DNA of 64,000 bases, from contig CM059432.1 in the NCBI GenBank assembly GCA_030390025.1, positions 33,296,001 through 33,360,000 of the forward strand, given 5' to 3'. This stretch comes from Squalus acanthias. Taxonomy: Eukaryota. Shown one piece after another: positions 1 through 13,525 of the stretch. A program made the position numbers and the translations under genes. The notes beneath the pieces were generated by a model, which did not search any database, had not been told where the DNA came from, and was given only the letters and a program-made list of their open reading frames with translations. Within the stretch, counting starts at the first letter, position 1, and each line of letters opens with the position of its first letter.

Positions 1-837
1 GAGTGTTATTTCATCTATAGGCAATAAATACCAGCGATGTCAACCTCCTGAGAATAAATAAAATAAAAGAACCCAGGGCGCTGTCTTCTGGCCGAGAGTG
101 CAATTCATAGGCTGCAGTATAAATTGGGTGCTGCTACTTGCAAACGACGTGGTGCACTATAACTGCAACATAATCCTGCATAGCACTGAAGCCCATCCAC
201 TCATGATGTACTGAAATCTTTGTATAAATCAAACAAAGTTTACAAAGTGGAGTTATACCGTCATTGAAATGGGCTTGAGGATCGAGTTGAAGACCATGGA
301 GTTCAGATGAAGATCAAAAACCTTTCAATGTTTGCAGTTGTGATTTTTATGATGTCGTCCAAACCCATCAGTTGAGTTGTAGTCCTGTTCAGTTGCCTCT
401 GGAAATGGCTGAAGGGGATTGTGTTGTAGTTGCTGTATATCTTGTCAATTTTTCTATGCTAGCTGCACTATGGAAGGATAGTGGAGGCTTCAGCAAAGGT
501 GATGGGGGCATAAGTATAGGGAGATATTCTGTTCTGATCTAATCAAGATAGCCAGTGTTCCTCTTTATTCTTGGGAATCCTAGGTGAATGGCCAAGGCCA
601 ATGCTGCAGGAGATCAATCAAATTGAAGAATAGGAGAGAAGATGAGACAAATCTCAGGCTTTAAAAGGCTGTAGCTTGTGGGAGGAAGAAAAAACTAAAG
701 GAGGTAAGAAGTTCTGGGAAAGAATGAGTTGGAGTGAGATGTTGCAATGGCTCTTCTAGTTATACGAATTTGTAATAGAGAAGCTTAAACTCTAGAGCGA
801 AAAAGGTTATAGAGTAAACTGAGATTAGTTCGACGTC

Positions 838-1033
838 AGGGGATAGGATGGGATATGTTAGGGGGAATTAAATACGTGGGGTTACGGGGGTAGGGTGGGA
901 TATGTGTACTGTGGGGATTAGGGCAGGGACAGGGTACTGGATTTGGATGATCAGCCATGATCGTATTGAATGGCGGAGCAGGCTCGACGGGCCGAATGGC
1001 CTACTCCTGCTCCTAGATTCTATGTTTCTATGT
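838..1033 (+). mobile_element. 5'-truncated HE1-like SINE
   Basis: Near-identical to 39730-39942. Confidence 0.8.
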
Positions 1034-1816
1034 CAGTCTTGGTCAGGCTGTAGGATGAAAGAACATAAATTATTGAAATAAATTTAAAATGGGTCTGGGG
1101 GAAGTCTCTACGGCAATCAGGCATTCAAGATAATTGGATCCCAGGCTGGCTTAGAGCACTGGAGGGGCTGGCAGGACGAGCCCTACAGATTGGATGGTCG
1201 TTCCTCATCCTTTTGTCATGTGCTGTTGGCCTTGAGCCTTCACCTAGTTTTTGCAACTTAAACAAAGGTGAGTTTATACTGTTGGAAGTCAAAAATCTAT
1301 ATCTCAGCACTTTGTATAAACTAATTTCCCCCTAACAACTATTGCAATACTAAATTTGTACAATGTTTGGAATATTGTGTAAATAGTGTTCCACAGAGTT
1401 GCACACTCATTCAAAGCTGGGGTGAAACTGAAAAGCCTGTTGATTTGCTCTTCTCATTCCTGCAATTTCACTTCAAAGAAATCTACAAGCCACTCTAATG
1501 TTACAGATCATTAGTTGGGAAAGCTCAGTCACCTTACTGTGAGGTATGCATCTGCCTGCAATTGGAACAAACGAGGCTCAAGGAATTAACAAATGAAAAA
1601 ATTTGTATATTATGCTTTTGTAACCAAATATTTTAATGTTTATAGGTATGACAGATTATATTATCTTGAAATAAATGTTTGCACTTTTAGCCTGGTTTGT
1701 CCTCCTATATTTAAACAGTACATCACTTGGACGGTGCTGGAATTCTCTTCCTTTAAGCAAGAAAATAAATTGGAGAAAATGTATCTTGATTCTTGTTAAC
1801 TGCTCCATGACTCTCT

Positions 1817-2374
1817 TAGGGTTGCCAACTGTGGTTCGATGTATTCTTGGAGGTTTCATCATGTGATCTCACGCCTCTAATTGCCTTGTCCCCACACTCC
1901 CACCATTGGTCACCCAACACTTCCTTGCGCCGCACCGCCTTCCCATACCAACTGAATAGAACCTTTGTTACTTGAATGGATGATTCTTGACTGTCAAACA
2001 GCCAATTTACCCCATCACTAATATTTTTACAACTAATAAATGAAATTGCTCAAAAAAAATGAAAACATGCACTTTTTTTAATACAGGAAACTCTCTTTTA
2101 ACCGGCACCTAAATATCCGGAAATCTCTCTTAACCGGCAAAATTCAGGAGTAGGTTCAGGTAAGTTTTACTATATATTAGTGGTCGTGTAACCGGGGTTC
2201 CTGTACCTGTGGCCGTGTACCTCTCTGTAATCCGGACTTTTTGATCAACCGGCACCACGTCGGTGCCGGATAAAAAAGAGTTTCCTGTACCCCTAAAATG
2301 TTTCTCCTGGGTTGCTTGCAGCAGGAGATTAATCCATAATTCCTCCAGGCCAATCCTGAAGGGTTGGCAATCTT
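1817..2374. mobile_element. hAT-like MITE hosting the 2084-2287 MITE
   Basis: TIRs AGGGTTGCCAAC / GTTGGCAATCT; related copy at about 16408-16740. Confidence 0.65.
2084..2287. mobile_element. Tc1/mariner-pogo-type MITE
   Basis: 26-bp TIRs CAGGAAACTCTCTTTTAACCGGCACC (2 mismatches); TA TSD. Confidence 0.88.
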
Positions 2375-4684
2375 GGTCTCTCCTGGAATACAATTCTTTC
2401 ATCTCATTCCCATAATCAAGGAACAATCTATAATCCTATTATCAGACTGTTTGATACTGGAGGGAATCTAGGCCAAGCTCATTGTTTTCCAGTGACGACA
2501 AGTTACCAAGAGTGGAAATCCTGGCTAATTTCCCCCCACCCCCACTCATTGTTTTGTAGGGCTCCCCTCCTCCACAGGCTAAGGTCACTTGATTAATTTC
2601 CTCTGTACGCTAACTATAGTGCAGGGAGGAAACTGAACCTCCAGGGATCAAACCTGAAATCTTCCTACTGTAGGACTCACTACTTGGTGCATTTACCCAC
2701 TGAGCCATCACTGTTGGGCTTGGGACGTCGCCTTGGCTTTGCCAATTTAAAAACAATTAGAAAGCGGGTGTGTAGTACTTTTGAATATTGTCAGCGATGT
2801 ATTTTCCCATTCTAGCTAACTACTTAAAATCTAGGGGTGTGCAATGCACTCTAAGGATGAGTCTTATTTTTCTCTCTGATCTCTTCATAAAAGTGGCCAG
2901 GGCTCCTCTATGCATCTCCCTTCAATAACATCCAAGACTGAGCATCCCATACTTCAGTGCTAAGTAGTTCCAATTACAAATGTTTTTCACAGCCCAAGAA
3001 TATAAACCTTAGACAGAAAGTGCTCTTGCATTACAGTTGCAGTAAAGCCACCTGCGTGTGCTGCACCCTCCATTTTATATGTTCGGTGTTGAGCAGCAGT
3101 CCCCTTCAGTTGTCTAGGCCCTGCTGTGTGACACACACACCCCCAGGGCTAGCATTTGACTCCCAGCTACACAGCCTGGAGACCCGGTGTGCTGCTGTTC
3201 GTAACCCAGCCATATGACATGGAGACCCCACATGCTGGTGCACGAGTCCAGCTGCCTGCATTTACTAAAATTGGCAGTCTTCACTCGAGGGTTATTCTTA
3301 GACCAATGTGTTTCCATGATGACATCAGCAAATGGGGTTTCTGCAAACGTTACACCAGCAGAACTGGAGAAGCCCTACTGTAAGTTAATACTCAGAATGC
3401 TCTGTATAGAGCTGCTGCTGCCATTGGCTACACTTTAATGTCTACACTCCTTTTAATTAAAAATCCCTTTTTGGATGCTTTAACAAAAGCATATGCTGGA
3501 AATTCAAAACAAACAGTGGCTCAATCAGCATTTGAAAGGGAAATGAGACCGTAAGATTGTGAAGATGGGTCTACACCCAAAACATTACATGCTGACCGAC
3601 CCACTATGCATTTCTAGCATTTTTAAACAGACAGCTGGATATTTCTCCATTTTCATTGAACTCTGGGAAAAGATACCTTCTCTTTTTACTGTGCTCCGAG
3701 CCGGAGCGTGGGCCTCTGGAATCATGGGAGGCCTGGTTCCGAGCCACACTCCCTCAGCACCGCTTTCCCCACTGGGGCTGCAGGAAGGTGCAATCTGCCC
3801 CACTCTTCAAAACAGGAGTGAAAATATGTAAATCAAATAATATGAATCTTACTTTAATAATTTTGTTTGAAATAAAGCTTTAATTTTTCATCACAAGTTC
3901 TACTCTTGATATAAATAAAACTTTAAACAACCATTGCACAAATTTTGGAGTGCTTTCTTTCTATAAGCCTCTCCTCACATGTACCAGTCCTGTTAATAGT
4001 GCCCAGCTTCTCTTCTCCTCCTGGAGGTGCTGGGATACAGTTAGCTGCTCCCACAGTGCCTTGTCCATTCTTCATGTGGCAGCCTAGCAGTGAGCTTTGG
4101 CAGGTTATTTAACAGTTGGGGAGCAACAGAGCCAAGCCTGACCTTGTTTTTCATTAAACTGCTGCAGTTGGTGTGGTAAATGTGCTCCTACAATACTGTG
4201 GTGATTTGCTAGGCCACTTCGGAGGGCCGTTAAGAGTCACATTAGGCCAGACTGTGTAAGGACCGCAGGTTTTCTTCCCTAACGGAAGCGAACGAGTTGG
4301 GTTTTTCCAACAATCCGACAGCTTCGTGGTCACTTTTACTAGCACCAGCTTTTCATTTCTACATTCCCACCCCCCCCCAAAAAAAAATGAATTCAAATTC
4401 TCAATCTGCCATGGGATTTGAAATCTGTCTCTAGATTAGTCCAGACCTCTGGATTACTAGTCCAGTGACATAATCAGAACACTATCATAGCCCTTGTGTT
4501 TTCACCCCATATCCTCATGCGGGCTTGCAACAGGAAAGGGAGCAAGTGTGACACTGGCTGATTATTCCACCACCCCCATTCCTAACCCTGAGGCTATTTT
4601 GAAATGGCCCCCTTTTCCTTTAACAGAAGAAGCAAATGTTGGTGTGCAACTTGGTTTACAAGAAATAACACTGGAAGCAGAATA

Positions 4685-4996
4685 TTACGACAAGGCAGTA
4701 TCCGTCACCTCTTTAATCTCATGCAGCAGGTCCTCTGGACGAGGAGACAACAAGTCTGTGTCTAGTCTACTGAAGTCCTCATTGGCGAGCATTGAAGTCA
4801 GCACAGCTTCAGTCTGGTGTAAATCGAACACTGAGTGGCACGGTCCGAGCGCAGACAGTTCCGCGGGAAATACACTGCGGAGAGGTGCTGAATCACCTGA
4901 AGTAGCCTCGAGTACTGCCATCCTATTTTTAGCGATTATTTTCAGAAAGGTGTAGAATTCACAGTAGTTGATTCCAGTGCATGCTTTCAAGAGGAG
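4685..4996 (-). CDS. JMJD4: JMJD4 last coding exon
   Basis: Acceptor TGTAG|, LLLKACTGINYCEFYTFLKIIAKNR...DTALS then TAA; total CDS 1275 nt = 424 aa. Confidence 0.9.
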   Translation of the reverse strand, partial: LLLKACTGINYCEFYTFLKIIAKNRMAVLEATSGDSAPLRSVFPAELSALGPCHSVFDLHQTEAVLTSMLANEDFSRLDTDLLSPRPEDLLHEIKEVTDTALS

Positions 4997-5714
4997 CTAC
5001 AGCAAATAGGAACAGAACATAGACATAGTTCACAAGAGGGAATAAAAATTGTATATATTTTTTTTAAACTCTGCGTTTTGATAGGCTGTTCAACTAATTA
5101 ACACAATGTCAATGCCAGGGATATTGAATATTTTTGTTCAACAAGATCAAGCACTCTCAGGTTATATAGCCTGTGGCAAAATATGAGTAAAACTCCTGCT
5201 CCTTCGTCCCATCAAACACTCCAACGTCAGGTGCAGAATAATGCTCATTCTAAACTGTTCCATTAAGAATTCCCAAGTCAGATGGAGTAAAGCTCCTTCG
5301 CAATGACCCCAACAATCTGATTTAAACCTACACCAGTATGATAAACCCTATTCTCACACCAGCCGTCCTGCTGGTGTCTCTGCCATATTCTACTTTTAGT
5401 GTGGCATTGAAGCCATTTTGGTTGTAAGTATGGCACTAAAATTCAGAATGTAAAAACCACCAGCACCACCAAAGCAAGACCTCCAGGAGTTCCAATGTAC
5501 AAGTTCCAATCCCTTGCACAGAGGAAAGAGACTAGGAGAAGGGGGGAAAAATACATGTACCCAAACCACCCTAACGAGACTACCCACAACACACTGAGCC
5601 CAAGTCACAGCAGACCTGCATGTACTGCGCTATTAACACAGAAGTTTTCAAAACCCCTCTGTGTTGGGGACTCCTGCAAATACTGACACGCTCTCTCCGA
5701 ATGTCCAAAAGATA

Positions 5715-6177
5715 GGGGTGGATTTTAACTCGCAGCGAATTTGTGGCAGGAAACCATGCTGCCGAGTTAGTTTCCCGCCTGCCCGCGGCAGAATAAGGCC
5801 ACAGCGATTTTAACTGGCGAGCCTCGTTAACGTGGCCGCCGGCCGAATACCCGCTTGGAAAGGGCAATGTGGTGATTTGGGGGGGGGGGTGGGGTGGTTG
5901 CGCTCGGATCCTCTTCTGACCAGATTGAGCCTATGAGAATGCCAGTGTGGCTTCAGGCCTGAATATTGCAGTCAGGGCCTGATGACGTCAGCGGATAGCC
6001 ATCTGCATATTTAAAGGAGGATCCCGCCAGCTCCAGCTTTAGGGGGGCCCCTTTTCCGCCTGCTCAGAACAGCAGGTTAAAATGGGGATCGGCGCAAAGC
6101 AGACAGGAATTCAGTGGATACATCACCTGGGGGCATTAACTGCCCACCCACCCCGTGGTAGGGTTAAAATCTCCCCC
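5715..6177. mobile_element. Harbinger-like MITE
   Basis: TIRs GGGGTGGATTTTAAC / GTTAAAATCTCCCCC; CpG-rich interior; flanks ATA/ACA. Confidence 0.7.
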
Positions 6178-6450
6178 ACAGTGTTAGCTAGCCAAAAGAA
6201 ACAGTGTTATGGTTGCAGAAAAGGTTTTTTATTAGCATACAGCAACAGCAGTAACATGCTAATAAGTCAACGAAGAGCGAATTCTCCACACACTACTCGC
6301 AGCATGTGATAGATCAGCTCCCTGATGGACTAAAACCTAATGACCCCAATTTCAAAACCATTGGTTTACAATTTTGGCAGCTTCAAGATAAGCCACTCAA
6401 TCAGTAAATCCAAGCAACTGATGGGCTGAAGAATCTCTACTCCAAATTAG

Positions 6451-6872
6451 TGTCAGCCTTGGCTTACTGGTAGCACTGCGTGTGAGTCACAAGGTCGTAG
6501 GTTCAAGCCCCACTCCAAAGACTTGAGTACACTATCCAGGCTGACACTTCTGTGCAATACTGAGGGAGTGCTGCATTGTCAAAGGTGCCAACTTTAGCAT
6601 GAGATGTTAAACCGAGGCCCCGTCTGCCATCTCAGGTGGACGTTAAAGATCCCATGGCACGCTTCGAGGAAGAGCAAGGGAGATCTCCTAGTGTCCTGGC
6701 CAATATTTATCCCGCAACCAACACATTATTTGGTCATTATCATATTGCTGTTTGTGGGAGCTTGCTGTGCGCATATTGGCTGCCGTGTTTCCCTACAATA
6801 CAACAGTGTGAAGTGCTTTGGGATGTCCAGAGGTCGAGAAAGGCGCTATATAAATGCAAGTCCTTTCCTTTT
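6451..6872 (+). mobile_element. DeuSINE (SacSINE1-like)
   Basis: tRNA-like head plus Deu-like core GAGATGTTAAACCGAGG...AAAGATCCCATGGCAC...GTGTCCTGGCCAA. Confidence 0.8.
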
Positions 6873-7217
6873 CGTGAGAAATCTACAGAAGTAGATTTTC
6901 TGGTTCCCTGATATGGAGAGTACACACTCTTTCCCATAGAGGTACAACCCACATACCCAAGCCCAACGAATTCAGGGACACTTGACAACCTTCCAACACG
7001 TTGTAGATTTAGAGGTATGGCTCGGTCATTTTTATTTCTCTGAAGCTACAATTTGTAAAGTTCCTGTGTGGAGCCAGTGTTTCCTCCATTTTCTCAGTAC
7101 CAGATTTGGCATCAAGCACTTCAGGCCAAGTACAGAACATTCAGATGCAGTGTAATGCTCCTTCTGCACTGTCCCAACAATGTGCCTCAGGCACCGTCAG
7201 AAGAACAACTTGTACTG

Positions 7218-7567
7218 GCAGTGTTACTGGACTCGTAATCCAGAGAATGTGAGTTCAAATCCCACCATGACAGTTTGAGAACTTGAATTCAGTTTAAAAA
7301 GCTGTTGATTGTCACAAATACCCAACTGGTTCACTAATGTCCTTTAGGGAACGAAACCTGCTATCGGTATGGCCTATAATGTGATTCCAGATCCACACTA
7401 ACGAGAGTGGCTCTTAACTGCCCTGCCAAGCCAATGGCTACAAAGAATATCACATGGATTAAAGTGGTTCAAGAAGGCGGGCCACTATCATCTTCTCAGG
7501 GCAACTAGCAATGGACTATAAATGTTAGCCTTGCCAGCGACGCCCACTTCCCGAGAATGAATAAAAT
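7218..7567 (+). mobile_element. tRNA-head SINE sharing head and tail with the LINE at 28777-32505
   Basis: GTTACTGGACT..TAATCCAGAG, GAGTTCAAATCCCACCA, tail GCCTTGCCAGCGACGCCCAC. Confidence 0.8.
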
Positions 7568-7692
7568 CTGTATGTGTTATGTTCCATTTCCCAAACCAGA
7601 CATTCTGCTACTTCTCTAACTTACTTTGCCGACATAACAACAGTGACTGAACTTCAAAGTATAAACAGATGAATTAGCCTCTTCACCGATAC

Positions 7693-7839
7693 CTGACAGT
7701 GTTGGTGCCAGCCCTCCATACAATCCTTCAGCTCCCCAATCTCCCGCTGGACTGCCGTCAGCTCCCCCTGTAGGAAACGCCACATGATGTCTATGTTGCA
7801 GCCATTCAGCCAGTTGTGGTTGATGGAGATCGTGTCCTC
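7693..7839 (-). CDS. JMJD4: JMJD4 coding exon 5
   Basis: EDTISINHNWLNGCNIDIMWRFL...GWHQHCQ; acceptor TTCAG|, donor |GTATCG; 147 nt, phase 0. Confidence 0.93.
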
Positions 7840-8319
7840 CTGAACAGCGCAGAAGAATACAAACAGATTTATTACAGATTTCACCACTTCAAAAGCGAGG
7901 GCAAGGTTAGTCAAGAGAGCAACATTAGAAACCCCAAATCCACACAACTGTAGTGAAATTAAGCCATGGAATCTAGAACACAAAAATTATGTAGGTATAT
8001 GGGAGGCTAGGGCTTTTCAGTCTCAAAAAGTGATGCCTCAGAAGTCCCTTATGAAGATATACTTAACTTAATGGGATAACCTACCTCCCAGTCACCCCTC
8101 TTATTGGCCCGGATTTTGCAGCAGAGTCCTTCTGTGTTGAAATATCTGTTGTTCTATGATATCAACATACTGAGATCAAGAGTGAGCTACACTGTAATTG
8201 CTCCAACAATCCTCGGTATTTTTAAATGTAACAAATCAGTTACCCGTAACAATATGTGACCAGTGAAACCAATACCAGCACTAACGGCAAAGTGACTATA
8301 TAAGATTTGTATTCTGTAC

Positions 8320-8587
8320 CAGGTTGTACACTTGATGGTGCCAACCGCTAGGAACGAAGATGACCTCTCCAGCTTCCTGTACCACCTCAATGGGTTGACA
8401 GCATTGGCTGTACTTTGGGTAACGATCCCGGTCCTGCAGGACTGGAGACTTGACATCATAAACAAGGTCACCACTGCGGTCCCTCAGGTGCTCCTCCTGA
8501 CCAGGAGGGAACAGCAGCCACTTCTTCCGCCCGCACACATTGGCTGACCAGCTGTACGATCGGAATACGTCGGCGTGAAACGGTGTC
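8320..8587 (-). CDS. JMJD4: JMJD4 coding exon 4 (JmjC core)
   Basis: TPFHADVFRSYSWSANVCGRKKW...EVIFVPSGWHHQVYNL contains the HxD...H iron ligands; acceptor TGTAG|, donor |GTACAG; 268 nt. Confidence 0.95.
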
Positions 8588-11064
8588 CTACAAGAAGGAA
8601 GAGGGAAGGGAAATGTATCATGTCAGTATGAAGCCAGCTATCCTTTACCAGATTCTCTTCTTGCTTTTCACTCCAAGTTTATCCCCTTCACCTAATACCA
8701 TCGTCCTCAGTCTGAAGGAGGGATAAACCCAGGACTCTAACCAGAATATATCTGCCCAGGGAGACAGTAGAGGCACATCGCAAATTCAGGAGGGAACTAG
8801 GTATCTAGTCAGCTGAGACAATGATGGAGGGGAATGAAAGCTAAGAGTAGTGTATGGGATTTTCAAACTTGGGGACTGGCGGGTGGATCAAAATGTTCTC
8901 TTCGGATCCTTTACATTACTCTGTACCCACTGCAACTAGGAATGGGTCCATTTGACAGGGCAGGAGATGGAATAAGGCCCATTTAAACATCACAGCTTCT
9001 AATTAAATGTTAACGTACGACTGGCTCTCGAATGGGGATTGGATTTTAGTCCATCAGGAATCTGATATCTCACCAGCAGGCTGATACCTGGAGTTGTGAT
9101 TTTCAATCGGTTTGTAGTTAAGATGCATTGATTTAAATAGAATTTTTCTATTGCACATTGGGAGCAATATTACAAAGGCCAGCTCACCCATCACCTCTGT
9201 CCTTGCCACCCTCCACTGGGTCCCTATCCACAAAATACATTGAATTCCAAACCCCATCCTTGCCTGCATATCTCTACATGGTTTCATCCGTCCTTCCTCT
9301 GCTATCTCCAGTCATATGCGCCATTACGCATCTTTCATTCCTCAGACGCTGGCCTTCTGTCTATCCCCACTTCTCTCCATTCCATCAGTAGTGGCAGAGC
9401 TTTCAGCCATCCTGGCCATATTTTCTAGAACTCCAACCCCAACTCATTGCTAAGTTAAAATCCTGGAATTTCCTACCTAGCACCATTGTGGGAGCACCAT
9501 AGTCACAAAAACAGTGGCAGCTCAAGGAGGATCACCACCACCACCTTCTCAAGACATAGAGGGATCGGTAATAAATGTAGCCTTGCCAGCATCACCCACA
9601 TCCTTAGAACAAATTTTTTAAAACACCTCCTCCACCTGGATACCTCTTAAAACTTATCTATTGAACCATGCTTCCAGTCACCTCTTCAACTCTTGCTACT
9701 GTTTTGGGACATTTCCACATTAAAGATACTGTATAAATGTAAATTCCTGTTCTAGCTCAGTTCTTCCATGTTGATAGATTTGGCGCTCTTCTATTTTACT
9801 TTGACTCCTCCACTGAACTGGGTTGATTCACAGCTACATTAGCTTCCTTTAGGATTAGTGCACTGCTCAAAGTTAAACGAATTCAAAGGACAACCTGTTT
9901 CCACTGATAGGTGGGTTGATAACCAGAGGACACAAATTTATGATAATTGGCAAAAGAACCAGGTAGGAGATGAAGATCATTTTTTTTTTACGCATCGAGT
10001 TAAGATCTGGAATACACTGTCTTAAAGGATGGGGAAAGAGGATTCAATAGTAACTTTCAAAAGGGAATTGGATATATACTTGAAAAGGAAAAATTTGCAG
10101 GGCTGTGGGGAAAGAGCAGGAGAGTGGGACTAATTGCATAGCTCTTTCAAAGAGCCGGCACAGGCACGATGGGCCAAATGTCTTCCTTCTGTGCTGTATG
10201 ATTCTTTAAAACTGACCCAGGTGCAGCCGTATTTCATTTACTACGATTACATCATGATTTTGTCACTTATTTTGATGCTCCTCGCTCCAAGGAATAGGTG
10301 TATAAATAACCCCAGATGCCTCCCACTCTTTTTGATCATAAATCTCATTCTCATCATTTTCCTGCTGTTGGCTCTTTTAAGGCATTACATCTCTAAAGGG
10401 AGGGTGCTTGAAAAATTAGCAATTAGTTACTCCTTACAGACTCTGTTGAAATCAAGACTCAATGCATCATCTCGCACTTAACTCAATCTTTCCTAAATCC
10501 TTGAAACTGTGGAACTCCTCATTCCCCCTCAGGGTTACCTTGGCCCTACATTCCTCAGGATTTTAATATCCAAGCTTGGTGTAATTTCACCATACTTCTT
10601 GATTCATCTTCTCCCTTACTCTTTCCAACTTATGAGCTGTCCTGTACTATGCGCCTTGGCTACTTCCTTATCTATACATTATTTAAAATCTTTGTGTAGG
10701 GCATGGACTTTCTGACTCCACAGCTTACTTCCAATTTTGGTCTCAGTTGTTGGTCAATGTTTAATATTGTAAAATGCTGTGTCAACATTCCCCATTCATT
10801 TTGCCACGTCAACTGTCACAATGTAGTTGTGTGCTCTAACCACTAGATGGCTCTGTGGTGCAGGTTTCTGAAGTCTCTCTCAACTCTATTGCAATCTAGT
10901 ATTACATAGTATTTACAACACAGAAGCAGGCCGTTCCGCCCAACAAGTCCATGCTGACGTTTATGCTCCACACAAGCATCCTAGTACTTACATAAAAAAT
11001 CTATTCATCGCCTGACTGGGTTATGTCACCGGCAATTTACTGGCGTTAATAAAAGGAATCAATA

Positions 11065-11520
11065 CTGAGAGGATATAATTATCAAGAAAGGCTGAACAGA
11101 CTGAGGCTCTTTTCTCTAGAAAAGAGAAGTCTGAGGCGTGATCCGATTGAGGTCTTTAAGATTATGAAAGGGTTTAATAGGGTAGATATAGAGAAAATGT
11201 TTCCACTTGTGGGCAAGTCCAAAACTAGGGGTCATAAATATAAGATAGTAACAAATCCAATAGAAATTCAGGAGAAGCTTCTTCACCCAAAGAATGGTCG
11301 GAATGTGGAACTCGCTACCACAAGGAGTAGTTGAGGCGGATAGCATAGATGCATTTAAGGGAAAGCTAAATAAGCACATGCAGGAGAAAGGAATAGAAGG
11401 ATATGCTGATAGGGTTAGATGAAGAGGGGTGGGAGGAGGTTCGTGTGGAGCATAAACACTGCCATAAACCAGTTGGACCGAATGGGCCGTTTCTGTGCTG
11501 TAGACTCTATGTAACTATGT
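11065..11520 (+). mobile_element. CR1 3' fragment; similar fragments at about 9890-10205 (+), 12090-12335 (-), 15425-15572 (-), 29905-30220 (+), 52225-52490 (+)
   Basis: CR1 ORF2 C-terminal and 3' UTR motifs (GGGTCATAAATATAAG, GAATGTGGAACTCGCT, GGCCGAATGGCC-type hairpin). Confidence 0.75.
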
Positions 11521-11609
11521 AAGAGCTTTGCATGCAATAACATTGTCTCCATTTATGGACAATCCAATGTGCCCTTTGTTACAGGAGTTCTGACACAAGA
11601 TACACTTAC

Positions 11610-11735
11610 CATGAACCTTTGGGACCCATGTAAACAAAACGATAATCGTCCAATTCAATAGCATCCCAGTATTCATTCAGCCAGTCAGACTGGAAGAAGA
11701 GAGGAGTACTATACACCTCATGATCAGGGAAAACC
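11610..11735 (-). CDS. JMJD4: JMJD4 coding exon 3 (absent from the ORF track)
   Basis: Hand translation VFPDHEVYSTPLFFQSDWLNEYWDAIELDDYRFVYMGPKGSW; acceptor TTTTAG|, donor |GTAAGT; 126 nt. Confidence 0.93.
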
Positions 11736-12599
11736 CTAAAACCCAAAATATCAAGATTTATTCAGGAATATTACAACAATGCAAGAATCATCTATCAAAG
11801 CCGCTCCTTCCACAGACCATGTAATCTGCCCCCTCTATTTGAGGCATGTGAATTTTGTACTTGTGGCCTCTCGTCCTTTGCCCAAGTTAAATACCCTCAG
11901 GCTCAAGGGGCTGAATGGCCTACTCCTGTTCCTATGTTGTCCACTAAGACAGAAATGTTGGACACTTCTGCTTTATATCCTTTAGAGAAAGGGCAAGTAA
12001 AACTGCACAACACACGCCAAAACTGGCCTCACCATTGATCTGTACCATGTCAGTAGAACTAGTTTTGGCTTGTAATTCAGTGCTTTGCACATAAGAAATA
12101 GGAGCAGGAGTAGGCCATACGGCCCATTGAGCCTGCTCCGCCATTCAATAAGATCATGGCTGAACTTCTACATCAACTCCACTTGCCCACCCTATCGCCA
12201 TATCCCTTGATTCCCTTAGTACCCAAAAATTTATCGATCTCAGTCTTGAATATACTCATTGACTGAGCATCCACGGCCCTCTGGGGTAGAGAATTCCAAA
12301 GATTCTTTGAAGAAATTTCTCATCATCTCAGTCTTAAATGAAGTTTAGTACTCGATTTGCCTCATCGACAATTGCTTCACACTGACTAGGTAGTTTCAGG
12401 GTATTGTCAATGAGCACTCCTAAATCATTTTCCTTTTCAGTCTGTCGATGGAGGTACCGATAGGTCCAATACACAATACAATGTGTGGGTTGGATATGTC
12501 TCCTGAATAAGCTGCAACTGAAGCAGCTCAAGTTTAACTCTTATAAAATAAATGTTTTCTTAGAGGGTGTTATGCTAAGGGGAAATTAATTGACCATTC

Positions 12600-13095
12600 T
12601 TTATCCAGGCTGCTTTCAACCGATTGGTCGTCTTCTTGATGACATTAGCTGGCAAGTTCTCAATGAACTAGCACACACAGGGAGACCACGAAAGCGCTTA
12701 AAATCGTGCCAGCCACTCTGCGAAACTGCAGCCAATATTCATACAGCTGGTATCAATCTACTATCCAGTTAGACGGAATCGTAGGACGCATGCAACATAA
12801 AGAACCAACACCTCATCACTGACCCAATAGCAGAGGTCCCTGGCTTCAACCTCCCTCAAGGATAGTTGTCAGCGCTCAACCAAATCCGCTCAAAGCATGG
12901 ACGACGCGGCCACCTGCTCCACAAGTGGAAGACGCGGGACGACCCGAAGTGTGACTGCGGCCATAAGTCCCAGACCACGGGAACACCTCACATCAACCTG
13001 CCCACTAAGATCTGTTGCGGGAGGCACCCCATTTCTCCACTCAGCATCTCAGGAGGCCATCGAATGGATAGCCAAACTAGACAACCCATTACAAT
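12600..13095 (+). mobile_element. Vingi/Ingi-like LINE 3' fragment
   Basis: RKRLKS.QPL and SALNQIRSKHGRRGHLLHKW..DDPKCDCGHKSQT resemble the C-terminus of this clade. Confidence 0.6.
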
Positions 13096-13223
13096 AGCAA
13101 AATACTGTGGATGCTGGAAATCTGAAATAACAACAGAAAGTGCTGGAAACACTCAGCAGGTCAGGCAGCATCGAAGAGAGGAGAAACAGAGTCAACGTTT
13201 CGGGTCAAACCCTTCGTCAGAAC
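13096..13223 (-). mobile_element. PLE family A terminal fragment
   Basis: Matches 20634-20762, including the hammerhead motif. Confidence 0.8.
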
Positions 13224-13224
13224 A

Positions 13225-13525
13225 GTTCAGGTCTGCCCTCTCAGGTAGATGTAAAAGATCCTGTGGCTCTATTCAAAGAAGAGCAGGGGAGTTCTCCCGG
13301 TATCTTGGTCAATATTCATCCTTCAACCAACACCACTAAAAAAACGTTTATCTGGTCATACATTTCACTGCCGTTTGTGGAACCTTGCCATGTGCAAATT
13401 GGCTGCTGTTTCCTACATTACAACAGTAACTACACTTCAAAAAGTACTTATTTGGCTGTAAAGTGCTTTGGGACGTCCTAAGGTTGTGAAAGGTGCTATA
13501 TAAATGCAAGTCTTTCTTTCCTTTT
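13225..13525 (+). mobile_element. DeuSINE 3' part
   Basis: Same family as 6451-6872. Confidence 0.75.

Noticed and set aside
4494..4955. 153-aa plus-strand ORF
   Set aside because: Antisense shadow of the last JMJD4 exon.
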